Below, piece by piece: positions 52,196 to 64,000 of a stretch of 64,000 bases of DNA; positions within the stretch are counted from its first letter, which is position 1; every line of letters begins with the position of its first letter. The DNA is taken from the NCBI GenBank assembly GCA_951406725.2, contig OX597833.1, positions 9,424,001-9,488,000 on the forward strand, in the 5' to 3' direction. The notes beneath the pieces were generated by a model. The model was not told the DNA's origin. It worked only from the letters and a program-made list of their open reading frames with translations, and did not search any database. Position numbers and translations under genes: made by a program. Source of the DNA: Octopus vulgaris. Lineage: Eukaryota.

Positions 52196-54455
52196 GGTCG
52201 AATAACTTTCTGGATCTCTGCTTCATGAACAATATGGACATCATTCATGATGTGAAAGTGACACCGACATTAGTCTCGGATCACAACATAATAGAGCTGT
52301 TTATGTTTGTGCCTAAGGTAAACAGAGACATATAGCCTACAGGAAACACCCGAAATCTCTCCAATCTGAACTTTCACAAAGCAGATTGGAAATCGATCTA
52401 AAAAGAGATCCTCAGAGAGGACTGGCCGAAATGTCTCTCCACACTAGACATTGACATGAAACTAGAATGTTTCATGTCTTCTGTGCAAGCCGTATGCCAG
52501 AAATATGTCCCAGAGCACAAGGCCAAAACAAATAGGAGCAAGATTCCAAGAGACAGGAGGATCATCATGAGACGACGGACGAAGGTTGCAAATCGACTCA
52601 ACCAACATCCCAAAAGTAGCGAAACGTCCCGCCTAAAACAACACTGATGGAGATCGAAAAAAGGCTGCAACAATCCTATATGAGGGAGAAAGCAGACAAA
52701 GAAACCTGGGTTATAAAAAACATAAAATCAAACCCAAAGGCTTTCTTTCATTACGCGAAAGAAACAGTCTCAGTACACTACAAGATAGGGCCCCTCCTCC
52801 AAAAGGATGGCTCACTCACAGACAGTCCAACTGAGATCAGTGAGATACTGAATGATCAATTCAGAAGTGTCTTTACCACCCCGTTGTAACACAGACAAGT
52901 GAACGAACCAGTGGATTTTTTTGCCGTCTCACCTATAACCAGCGAAGCAGTTACGATAGAATACATTGACATTAGCGAAGAAGATATACTACTAGCCATA
53001 GATGAAGTGGACACAAACTCAACTGCTGGTCCTGATGGTTTCCCAGCAATTCTCCTCAAATCGTGTAGGCATGCCCTGGCAAAACCCCTCTAGATTCTCT
53101 TCCAGAGCTTTCTTGCAAATGGCAGACTGCAAAGCAAGCTGAAGGAGAGAATAATATGCCCAATACATAAAGGGGGAAGTAGAGCAGATGCCAAAAACTA
53201 TAGGCCTATCTCTCTGACTTCACACATCAGCAAAGTCATATCCCACAAATTGCGTGACCTCGGCATAGCTGGAAAACTTGGAGTGTGGTTACATGACTTC
53301 CTGAAAGATAGGAGTCAGGCAGTAGTGATTAATGGGGCCACCTCTATGAACACACAAATAGTGAGCGGTGTTCCACAGGGCACTGTCTTGGGACCACTGC
53401 TTTTTATAGTGGCCCTCTCAGATATGCCCTAAAATGCCCGTATAGCCACTCTGGCAAGCTATGCAGACGATACGAAAGTCTCACAGAAAATACAGAACTC
53501 CAGCGATGTTGCACACCTGCAGCAGGAGTTGGACTCAATTTACAGATGGGCTGAGGATAATAATATGCAGTTTAATGCTGAAAAATTCCAGGCCCTGCGC
53601 TACCAGCATCCAAAACTGAATATTAAACTTACAGGGTACACCGGTCCACAGGGAATTTCAATCCCAGAGCCTAAGTCTGTGAGGGACCTGGGTATCGACA
53701 TGAGTGATGATACCTCTTTCCAAGTGCACATTACCAGGATGGCGACAAAGTGCAGACGACTGACTGGGTGGATTCTAAGAACATTCAGTACCAGAGATAA
53801 GGAAACCATGATGGTCCTCTGGCGGACATTCGTCCTCAGCCGCCTGGATTACTGCTCACAGCTATGGTCACCCACCAGTGTGAAAGTAACAGCGGACCTT
53901 GAAGCAATCCAGAGAAGATTCACGAAGAAGATCGTCTCTTTGCAACAGCTCAGCTACTGGGAAAGGTTGAAACAGCTAAGACTCTATTCCTTGGAGAGAA
54001 GACGGGAGAGGTATGCAGTAATATATATCTGGAAGATCCTGGAAGGAATTGTGCCAAATTTTGGCATTGTAAGCTACACCAATGCTAGAACGGGGCGACA
54101 CTGCATAGTGCCAAATATCCCAGCAATGCCATCACGCTTCAGAACTAGCTACTGCAACAGCCTGGGTTTCAAGGGCCCACAGCTTTTTAATATTCTCCCA
54201 AAGAGTCTGAGGAACTTGCACAAAGTAGATGTAGCGGTTTTTAAATCAAAGCTGGACATCTTCCTGTCGAGAGTCCCAGATGAACCTACCCCACGGCAAG
54301 AGGTGCAAATGAGAGTAGCTATATCAAACTCCATTCTTCACCAAGTGCCACATATTAGAGGAGGCTCTTAGTAATAACAGTGTAGCAGAAAACGGCGGTG
54401 CATCAGCATGGCCGCAGTTCTGAGCTGAAACAAAGACAAAAAACAAAAACAAAAA
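52196..54455 (+). mobile_element. Degenerate CR1-group LINE, 5'-truncated with an RT deletion
   Basis: NNFLDL...SDHNII (end of APE), NPKAFF, AGPDGFPA, YRPISLTSH, GVPQGTVLGPLLF, YADD, LYSLERRRERY; QHGF/KAFD region missing near 53240; several stops. Confidence 0.92.
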
Positions 54456-54467
54456 GTACATATATAT

Positions 54468-54518
<51 letters not shown>

Positions 54519-54519
<1 letters not shown>

Positions 54520-55731
54520 TAAGGTATGTAGAAAAATACAACATTGACAAGAACGTATAACTCTTAGAAGACGATACAATAAACACGGACAGGACATTCG
54601 AAACCCTCAGTCTTCAGTCAAGAACCGGATCATCGTAGTAATTTCGGCTGATTAATCTTGAGATTACTAGATCACGGCCAGCCCTCAAAGAAAAACTAAG
54701 CAACGAGCATTAGAAAAACTAAGCTGGGAGCGTAGATTTCCTGGAAGAAGGATCGAATGCATACGGACACCAGGACAGCAAAAGGGACGAATATAAAAAA
54801 ACAAAAAAATAATGGAATACAGAAACATGAAATACAGAAGCATTAACGGTGAAAACAACAACAAGTGTCTTACGACTGATAACAAGCAAACAAATTTTTT
54901 CTCTGGCGCAAGGAAAGGAGCCTTATCGGCGATGCCTATAGCGGCGGACGAAAAACAACGATGTTAACACAACGCTGGTCAGAAGCTGAAAGGCAGATTT
55001 CGGCCAGCAGTCACGTGACAGAGGAGAGAGAAAAGAAAAGAAAGAGAAGCAGCGGAAGAGAGAGAGAGAGGAGAGAGAGAGAGGAGGGACAAACGCAACA
55101 AAGAGAGAGAAGAGAGAGAAAGAAGGAATCAGAGAGGAGAAGGGATGGGTGTCGAAGATTGACCTGTGAGTGCAGAGCGAGACAAAGAATTAGGAGGGTA
55201 GTGGAAGATTAGACCAAAGAATCAGAGGAAAGAGAAGAGAAAAAGAGGATGAGTAGAGAGAGAAGGGGACAGATCAAGTAAAAGAGAGAGAGAGAGAGAC
55301 AAACAAAGAATCGTACCAGTTATTAAGAATATGTGCTCACATTAATGTTAAGAGGGTACGTGGCGCCTGGAATATATGTTAAGGTATGTAGAAAAATACA
55401 ACATGGACAAGAACGTATAACTCTTAGAAGACGATACAATAAACACGGACAGGACATTCGAAACCCTCAGTCTTCAGTCAAGAACCGGATCATCGTAGTA
55501 ATTTCGGCTGATTAATCTTGAGATTACTAGATCACGGCCAGCCCTCCAAGAAAAACTAAGCAACGAGCATTAGAAAAACTAAGCTGGGAGCGTAGATTTC
55601 CTGGAAGAAGGATCGAATGCATACGGACACCAGGACAGCAAAAGGGACGAATATAAAAAAACAAAAAAATAATGGAATACAGAAACATGAAATACAGAAG
55701 CATTAACGGTGAAAACAACAACAAGTGTCTT
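54519..55731. repeat. 353-bp direct repeats (54519-54871 and 55379-55731) around a purine-rich spacer of about 507 bp
   Basis: Copies differ at only about two visible positions; no coding similarity recognised. Confidence 0.92.
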
Positions 55732-55799
55732 GTTATATTTCGGAATGGTCATTTTGCCAGTTTAGCCAATAAAAAATCTTGCACAACAAATATTTAAAC

Positions 55800-55860
<61 letters not shown>

Positions 55861-56149
55861 GTGTGTGTGCATGTTTGGCTCCTACACCACTCGACACCCA
55901 GTGTTGGCAACACCACACCGCTAAGTTACGTCTCCGAAACTTAGGGATTCGGCAAAAGTGTCCGATAGAATAAATATCAGGCTTTAAAAGAATAAACGTA
56001 TTGCGGTTGATTCGTTCGACTAAAATTCTTGGAGGCCGTACCTCAGCATGGCCACAGTGTATTGACTGTAACAAATGAAGGGGTAAAAGGTACTGTGTTG
56101 GGTGTGGTCACAGGATCACATAATTCACGTAAACATTGGTGAGAATTAC

Positions 56150-56187
56150 CTGGTCAAGGAAGGAAAAGTATTTTTCATGGTCAAACG
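56150..56187 (-). CDS. Candidate 38-nt upstream exon (FDHEKYFSFLDQ)
   Basis: aatttattacag|CG TTT GAC...GAC CAG|gtaatt; phase 1 to 0, compatible with exon 35186-35233. Confidence 0.4.
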
Positions 56188-56339
56188 CTGTAATAAATTA
56201 TTGGCGGGTTATCAGTTTCTAGAAGACAATGTTTCTCTCATGAATTTTAATAAAACTAAAAAGTGTCCGTTGCTTTAGTATTGCCTGCTAACAAAAATCA
56301 GATAACCACGCTCAGCATGAAAACTCAATTCTTAATTAC

Positions 56340-56391
56340 CTGTTTTTCTTCGAGTGCTGTTAACACTTGCCACCATGTTATTTTCTTTCTC
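56340..56391 (-). CDS. Candidate 52-nt upstream exon (EKENNMVASVNSTRRKT)
   Basis: ccattttattag|GAG AAA...AAA ACA G|gtaatt; phase 0 to 1, joins 56187 in frame across a 152-nt intron. Confidence 0.38.
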
Positions 56392-56989
56392 CTAATAAAA
56401 TGGTAAATCTGAATTTAGAATTTGCGACAATGTCTTTCGATACAAAACACAACCTGATTCGTGTGTTTGTGTTGTGTGTGTGTGTGTGTGTGTGCGCATG
56501 CGTGCGTATGAGTATAATGTTTATGCACGATATACGTTTGTTCAAAACCGAAAGCTTTTCTTCACGAGATCCGAATGCTTTTACAGGTGTGAGGGTGGGT
56601 GTGTAAGATGTGTTAATGTAGGGGAGGTGGGTTGGAGAGGGAAATTGTGCTAAATGAGTCAACTTTGACTTGAAAGTTCGTCTTTAAACATTTATTTCAT
56701 CTTTTAAGTATATGAACCCACATTTCTGACACACCACCAGCGCTGCCCCCACCACTGTACACCATTGTATTGCCACCTACATTGTCCACACTTGTAAACA
56801 ATTACACCCCCACCTTATAGCACACACTAAAACTATTCCTCCCACTACCACTATCCATTATCCATTATTAAACCGACGATTTTAATTTCTTTAATTGACA
56901 TATTACGCTTAAAATGTATGCTGCGTAAAATGCAATAATACATACGGCAACACTACCGCTACCATCAGCAGATATAGCATGAACAACGA

Positions 56990-57050
<61 letters not shown>

Positions 57051-59011
57051 ACTACTACTACTACTACTACTGCTGTTGCTAATAGTAGTTTGCCATCAAG
57101 ATCTATTCATACAGAGAACAATATAGGACAAAAAGACTTAAAAACCTGTGCAAATAGATGTTATGTGGTGGGAATGGAAACATTTTAAAAATCCATTAAG
57201 ACGCATTTATTATTTTTGAAATTAAACAAATACATACACACAGATTAAACACAACAACGAACAAATTATGACTATCCATCACCTCACAGGCAACAAACTA
57301 CCACTTCGGTAAGATCGGAACAGGCACGACTTTGATCGTCTTTCACTGTTCGTATTGGAACTTCTCACATCTAAACTTGCCTGTCAGTATCGCTTGTTTT
57401 ATAAGATGGTAAAAACAACCATAAATTCTAGTTATTCTAGTTTCAGACGTTGATAGAACATCAATGTATTTTCAGCGGTAATCTATCATTTAAGTGTCTA
57501 CTGAATTCTGATCCTATTTCCTTCTCCCTAATCAGCAAATGTACTCATTTTCATTTACTATAATTTTCTGTTGTCATAGTTGGTTTAAAGTTTCGTGTTA
57601 ATATCACGTGATCATCGCCACCTCTATTGCGCTCAGTACTGTGTTCCATCTGAAAGAGAAGATATTTTTGAACAACTAATAAACGAAGATTTACAAAGTC
57701 TAAAATATATGATGCTCAAAGACAACTTTATTTCCACCCTATCATTATAAAGATTGTTCCTGTTTTCAGAGTGCACATTCACGCAGACTCTGTTTCCAGG
57801 TGTTTCTATTTGGATAATTTCTCCAAAATTTTACGAGAGACATTATATTTGTTGAAACTGATATTTCGATTAGTCTGTTTGTACGGGTATATCCCGTATT
57901 ACAGTCACATTCTATGCGGTCTTTACGTATGGCTGACGTAAATTCCATTCTTGTTATACCCGTAAATATATTCTCTCGTGGCTCTACTTCCACTTATTCT
58001 GTAGTTATTGTATTTAGCTAGACAAGCAGCTAGCTCGACACTCATAACATTGTGTACAACGTGCACAGTTCTAACTACTCTCCATCTACTAATAACCGTT
58101 ATATCTGTGACTATAATTATAAATAATAACTACGATAGTTATCGGTACTAACTACTATAACTACCAATATTAATTAACGCTTGAAGGCTGTGGACTGGCA
58201 GAATCGCTTGCATACCGAGCAAAATGCTTAGCGCCATTTTGTCAGTTTTTACGTTCTGAGTTCAAATTACGCCGAGGTCGACTTTACATTTCATCATTTC
58301 GGGATTGATGAATTAAATACCATTTACGCACAGGAGTCGATTTACCTCCTTCCGCGAAACTGCAGGCCTTATGCCAACATCTGAAACCAATATTAACGAC
58401 CACTTGATTACTTGTAGTCAAATCTCCCTTCAAATATTACACTACTAAAATAGCTAACATCGAAAAGAAAACAATATTGAATAGAATATAGCAAAGCATA
58501 AACAAGATGGTCATGGATGGGATACCGGTTGAAGGAATTACAGAGTAAAAAAACGAGCTTCAGCTACTGTTCAAGACAAAAAATCTAGTTGTAATAATAA
58601 GAGTGATTTTAATTCTGATATTGTAAACAACACAAGACATAAAAAAATTCCTTTACGGAGTAAGGGAGGCAAGCGTTATTTAAGCTCATTTTTTCACTCT
58701 AGAGGTATTTCACCTTCTTATAAAGATAATACCACTTACAATTTGAATGTTACTAGGAAAACTATCTGGTTTGTAATTCCCTCTGGAAAACAAATTTAAT
58801 CGAATCTTACTTTGCAATTCCGTGAAGTGGTTGGTATGAACTTTCCAAAAAATTCTAGATGTTATTCGATTATTAACTCTCATATGGTTAGAGTTGCTTT
58901 TCCAACACAAAGAATCTTTCACCAATTATATCTTCTCATAATACCAATCTGCTAAATAAAAGTTCATTTTCTGGGAGTTCCAACATTAATATTGTTAATT
59001 CCAACCCGTCA

Positions 59012-59082
<71 letters not shown>

Positions 59083-59104
59083 TAACAACAACAACAACAA
59101 CAAC

Positions 59105-59166
<62 letters not shown>

Positions 59167-61800
59167 CACCGGGGGACGTTTAACATGTGAGAGCGATAAA
59201 ACAGTGCTCCGAAATCTATCCACAAACATCGGAAACAAAGACATCGCATGGAGCTAAAAAATAACTGACAAATGATTGGACTATATCCGAGTAAGTAATA
59301 CTCATTGAAATATTTATTGCTATTTTCCAAACGAAATGATGTATTTTAACTCAATATCGTCTCCAACCATGTAAACATGCTTGATACATTACGATCTATC
59401 AACAACAGATCATCTCCGGCCCCAAACACCATGTACAAAAACACTACGAATAAATTAAATAATACCGGTATTATTCAACCCAAGAATAACAATCGAGAAG
59501 TACGTACTTTAAATTTGTTACACAAAAAGTACGAAAAACTACACGTGCAAAACAATGTGACAACAGAAATGAACGGACCGGTACCCTACAAAAGTGACGA
59601 CCGTCAAAATAATGGGCCGGACGTTGTTCCTCATATTCCGCAAATAAAATCAAAAAGGCATACATGGACACGTAAGGAATACATTTCAATCCTACACGCT
59701 TACTTTACAACAGTGCTCTACCCAAAGAACGAAAACACAACAACATATACATATAAAATATGGAAGAAAAATAACATAAACAAAGACTTGGAAACAGCAT
59801 TGAACCCTAAGCTAACGTACGAAGATATATTCTCAACGCAAAAAAATATCAGAAATAGAAATAGAACATTTAATAGAAAAAATACATCAGGAAAATGTAG
59901 ATAGAAGCCACACAACAATGCCAAATAATATAAACACTGAGATAGTAAAACACGAAGACAAATATAACATTTCCAACAAAAACGATGTAAACAAAAAACA
60001 ACAAATCCAGACCGTAAGAAGGCATAATAATGCACGACAAGCAGCAAGCCAAAACACGACAGACAAACATACGAATGAGAAAAAAAGCGACACAAATCTA
60101 GAACCTGGAAATAACGAAGGGGAGCCTAATGATTATGATACTATAAAAAGTAGAATAATCAAAGAACTGAAAAACACAGATCTCAAAATGGACCACCGAC
60201 CATACCTCCCAAAAATCAAAATAGACAAAAAAACAACATCAATTATAAACAGCATAAACCTGGCCACTGAAACAAATTGCGATATCACTGAGCTAAATGA
60301 CTTAGTATATGCAGCAGCCACTGCAGCCACAAAAGAAGCTGGATACTCCCTCAAACCTATCCAGACAGGAGTACCACCACCCAAACAAACCCTGTGGATA
60401 AATAACATCCAAAACAAAATACAAAAAATGAGAAAAGATCTGTCGATTCTTAATGAAATCAGTAGACAATCAACGCTACTAAGCAACAAAAAGAAAGCAA
60501 AAATACTGTGCAAATACAACATCACAGAAAAAGATTTACCTGAGATAAAAGAAAAGCTAAAGCAAGATATCCTTGTCAAAGTAGAAAGGATCCGCCGGTA
60601 TGAGAAACGCCAACGTTTCTTTGAACAAAACGAACAGTTCAACTCCAAACACCAAAAGTTCTACCAAGAACTTGGCAAAAATAAAATAGACATCACTGCA
60701 GCACCAACGGCAGAAGAAATGGAAGAATTCTGTAAAGAAATATGGTCGGCGAAAGAACAACCAAAAAAGAGGAGTATCAAAACAACAAACTCAGCATCTG
60801 AACAACTTTGGACCCCCATAACAACTGAAGAGGTCACCCAGGCACTGCAAAGACTAAGTAACTGGAAGGCACCTGGGCATGACAAGATCCCCAACTTCTG
60901 GTTGAAATATCTGACAGGAATGCACAAAAAGCTGGTTGAAAACTATAACAACATACTGGCAGAGCCAGAGACAATGCCTGAATGGCTCACGAAGGGGAAA
61001 ACCATCTTAATTCCCAAATCCAATGAGACAGCAAAACCAGAAAAATACAGACCCATAACCTGTCTCCCTACAATGTACAAAGCATTCACTGCAGTAATAT
61101 CACAAAGATTAAACAAGCACCTGGACGAAAACAACCTGTTTCCAGAAGAGCAGAAAGGATGCCGCAAAGGCTCATATGGCTGTAAAGATCAACTAATGAT
61201 CAATAAAGCCATAACTGAAGACAGCCACAGAAAGAAGAAAGGCCTCAGTATGGCCTGGATCGACTACAGAAAGGCGTTTGATAGCATCCCCCACACATGG
61301 ATCCGCGAAACACAAGCCATTAACGAAGTAGCACAACAATTATAAAATACATAGGACACTCTATGAATAAATGGCAAACAGTGCTACAGCTCCAAACAAA
61401 AGAGGGACTCGTGAAAACCTAAGCCATCCCCATTAGAAGAGGAATTTTCCAGGGAGACACGCTCTCTCCACTCCTTTTCTGCTTGGTACTGTCACCTCTA
61501 TCTGATATGCTAAATAGAACTGGATGCGGATATAAATGTTACGGCAAAACCATCAGCCACCTTTTATATATGGATGACCTAAAACTATACGCTACAAATG
61601 ACAAACAGCTGGAAACACTACTAAAGACAGTTCGTGGATTTACCAAAAAAATAGATATGAAATTTGGATTAGAAAAATGCGCCAAAGTAACCCTGAAAAG
61701 AGGAAAACTAGTTAAGAGTAGCAACATCACACTAGATAAAGCCAATGAAATAAGGGAATTAGACCAAAGCCAAACTTACAAATACTTAGGAATCCGATGA
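59167..61800 (+). mobile_element. 5' part of an R4/Dong-type LINE including 5' UTR and N-terminus
   Basis: Begins right after (AAT)n; RHTWTRKEYISILHAYF N-terminal motif; RT region highly similar to 29705-30900; truncated at about 61800. Confidence 0.92.
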
Positions 61801-61804
61801 ACTA

Positions 61805-64000
61805 TGATTTTTCCAAGTAGATTCGATTGGGTCATGGCATATAAAGTTTTTTCAATTTGACCCCCAATTAAGAAAAAATTCGAGAAAACTCAATATTATA
61901 CGATTTGCCTCTCTCATTTCAAGTGGTTTACTCCTGCTATTACCACCACACTTTCTCCTACTTTCTCTCTGCAAGTGTGAAAGTATTATATAACAGGGAT
62001 GAGCCATTAATAGTGGTCATCCTTTTTGCTAGAGGAAGATCCGCTATGGTCTTATATGCTACACCACTGGTTTTCAATTCATATTAATCAAATTAATATT
62101 CAATTTTTCACCCTTATTATGTGTGTGTGTGTGTTTATTAGCAATTCGTATAAAATTGCATCAATGACTTGAACTTGAATAAGTGGTTTCACATAAATGG
62201 GGATAAATTTAAAAGGTTTGTTGTTATTATTATTACTGTTTGACTATTGTAATCACGTTTGTTGGTTCCTCGTCAGAGAAACGTTGTTGTGTTGCATTTG
62301 TTAAATAATTGTAAACCGTAACCCTTCCCCTTTCGGAGAAGGGGCTTTGGTTATTGTTTAAAAATTGAATTGTGTCCCTGTCTGGGGAAATTGACAATAT
62401 TTTCACCGTCTTTACGGAAGCATTTTTGTTAAAATGCCTTCGATAGAAGAAAGTCCAAAAATGAATTTCGCTGCAGCCGTACACTTCTATACAAGAGGGA
62501 GGACAAGATCCAATTGATCGAAATTGCAAGAGACGGGCTTACAATTCCAGTCTGTTATATATTTTGAGTATTGTTATCACTCGCGATATCAAGATATAAC
62601 TTTCTATTTTGTATTTTATGTGTAGATGTATATATATAGATGTATATATAGATGTACATGTAATATGTACACATATATATACACATATATACATGCATAA
62701 TATATCTACCCATACATACATACGCACACACACACACACACACATACATAGGGGCAGGTGTGGCTGTGTGGTAACAAACTACGTTCCAAACACATGGTCC
62801 CGGGTTCAGTCTCACTGTGTGGTGACTTGGCATGTGTCTTTTGCTGTAGCTTCAGACCAACAAAAGCCTTCTCAGTGGATTTTGTACATACATACATACA
62901 TACATATATATACATGCTTACGTACATATTCGGCATAAACACTCTACCACTACAACTAATAACTGTTGGGAACACTTTGAAACCTGCCTTAGATTCGAAC
63001 CGGAATCTCAAAAACATTGTCCCCTTCAGCGCCAAGCTCAACTGCTCTATCCTGACATGGAGGGTATCAGCAATGAAATCTATAACAAAACACTCATTGA
63101 CGTTGAAGACAGAATTGCTAAACTGGGTGGAAATTAATTGTCGACGTATGGTCTGCTACAAGCATTCAGGTCAGGGTCAAATAGCCTTCCCACTGCTGTC
63201 ATTCGTGAAACAACCTATGACACTCAAGTGCTTTCAAAGTACATTGTTGAAAATAAGCCTAAATTACTTCCGGACCAGCTGCATGCCTACAGAACTATTC
63301 TTAACAGTGTACGCCAACGCGAGGGACGAATCCTCTTCCTCGATGCTCCTGGAGGGACAGGAAAAACATTTATTACAAAGCTTCTCCTTGCAGAAGTCAG
63401 GTAGCATCAGGACATTGCAGTAGCTGTAGCCTCCTCTGGCATTGCAGCTACTTTGATACCTGGTGGCAGGACAGCACACTCAACTTTTAAACTCCCTCTC
63501 AATTTAGCAGCATCCGAAATGCCTTCATGCAACATCAACAAAAGCTCAGATCAGGGACAAGTACTTAAAATGTGTTATGTAATTGTCTGGGATGAGTGCA
63601 CTATGGCTCACAAGGGAGCTTTGGAAGCATTAGATAGAGCCCTGAAAGACATCCGAGACTGTCAAGCTCCAATGGGAGATGTAACGCTTCTGTTGTCAAG
63701 TGATTTCAGGCAAACTCTTCCTGTCATTCCGAAAGGCACTAGAGCTGACGAAGTTCAAGCATGCCTAAAGTCCTCTACCCTGTGGCATCATGTTACAATC
63801 TTTAGTCTCACCACTAACATGAGAGCTCAGTTACACGGCGACAAAATGTCCACAAAGTTTGCACAGGACATTTTGACACTTGGTGAAGGCAAGATGCCTC
63901 TCGATGCTGCAGGACAAATGGAAGTGTGGTCATTTTCCTTTGTTGTTAATTCTGTAGATGACCTCAAAAACAAAGTCTTTCCCAACTTCACACAAAACTA
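61805..64000 (+). mobile_element. Helitron family A copy (inverted relative to 13610-15979) with a PIF1 helicase fragment running off the window
   Basis: 61805-62786 is the reverse complement of about 14921-15895; 63138 onward has FLDAPGGTGKTF, VASSGIAATL, IVWDECTMAH, DFRQTLPVIP with a stop at 63402-63404. Confidence 0.88.

Noticed and set aside
54600-54650. Hammerhead in the 353-bp direct repeat (CTGAAGA on the minus strand)
   Set aside because: No pairing stem II followed by GAAA in the right order.
57280-58930. Further upstream exons, including ORF 57766-57993 with an EGF-like CDCNTGY and a strong acceptor at about 57650
   Set aside because: Several mutually exclusive models fit, none gives a signal peptide, and the Cys pattern is incomplete.

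Overview
AT-rich, microsatellite-dense eukaryotic DNA; the repeat families look cephalopod (Octopus-like), which is an inference. Most supplied ORFs are translations of (TA)n/(CA)n/(AAT)n tracts or antisense frames of transposons. One host gene is visible on the minus strand: a protein with a C-terminal 'short-chain collagen C4-like' domain. Its last exons are 2730-3232 and 3630-3707. Upstream lies a phase-consistent chain of very small exons (16, 42, 20, 10 and 48 nt, possibly also 38 and 52 nt) reaching 35.2 kb and perhaps 56.4 kb, so nearly all transposons here would be intronic. Mobile elements include Penelope-like elements (one young Hydra-type copy with 243-bp inverted pseudo-LTRs), many R4/Dong-type LINE fragments at (TAA)n tracts, CR1-group LINEs, an RTE LINE, an L1/Tx1 fragment, Helitrons, piggyBac, Tc1, a Buster-type hAT and tRNA-derived SINEs. 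The most unusual signal is a set of minimal hammerhead-ribozyme motifs with palindromic stem III, several in short non-coding fold-back elements. One family carries a swapped G3:C8 catalytic core (GTGAACA). All calls come from reading the sequence by eye; no searches or folding programs were run.
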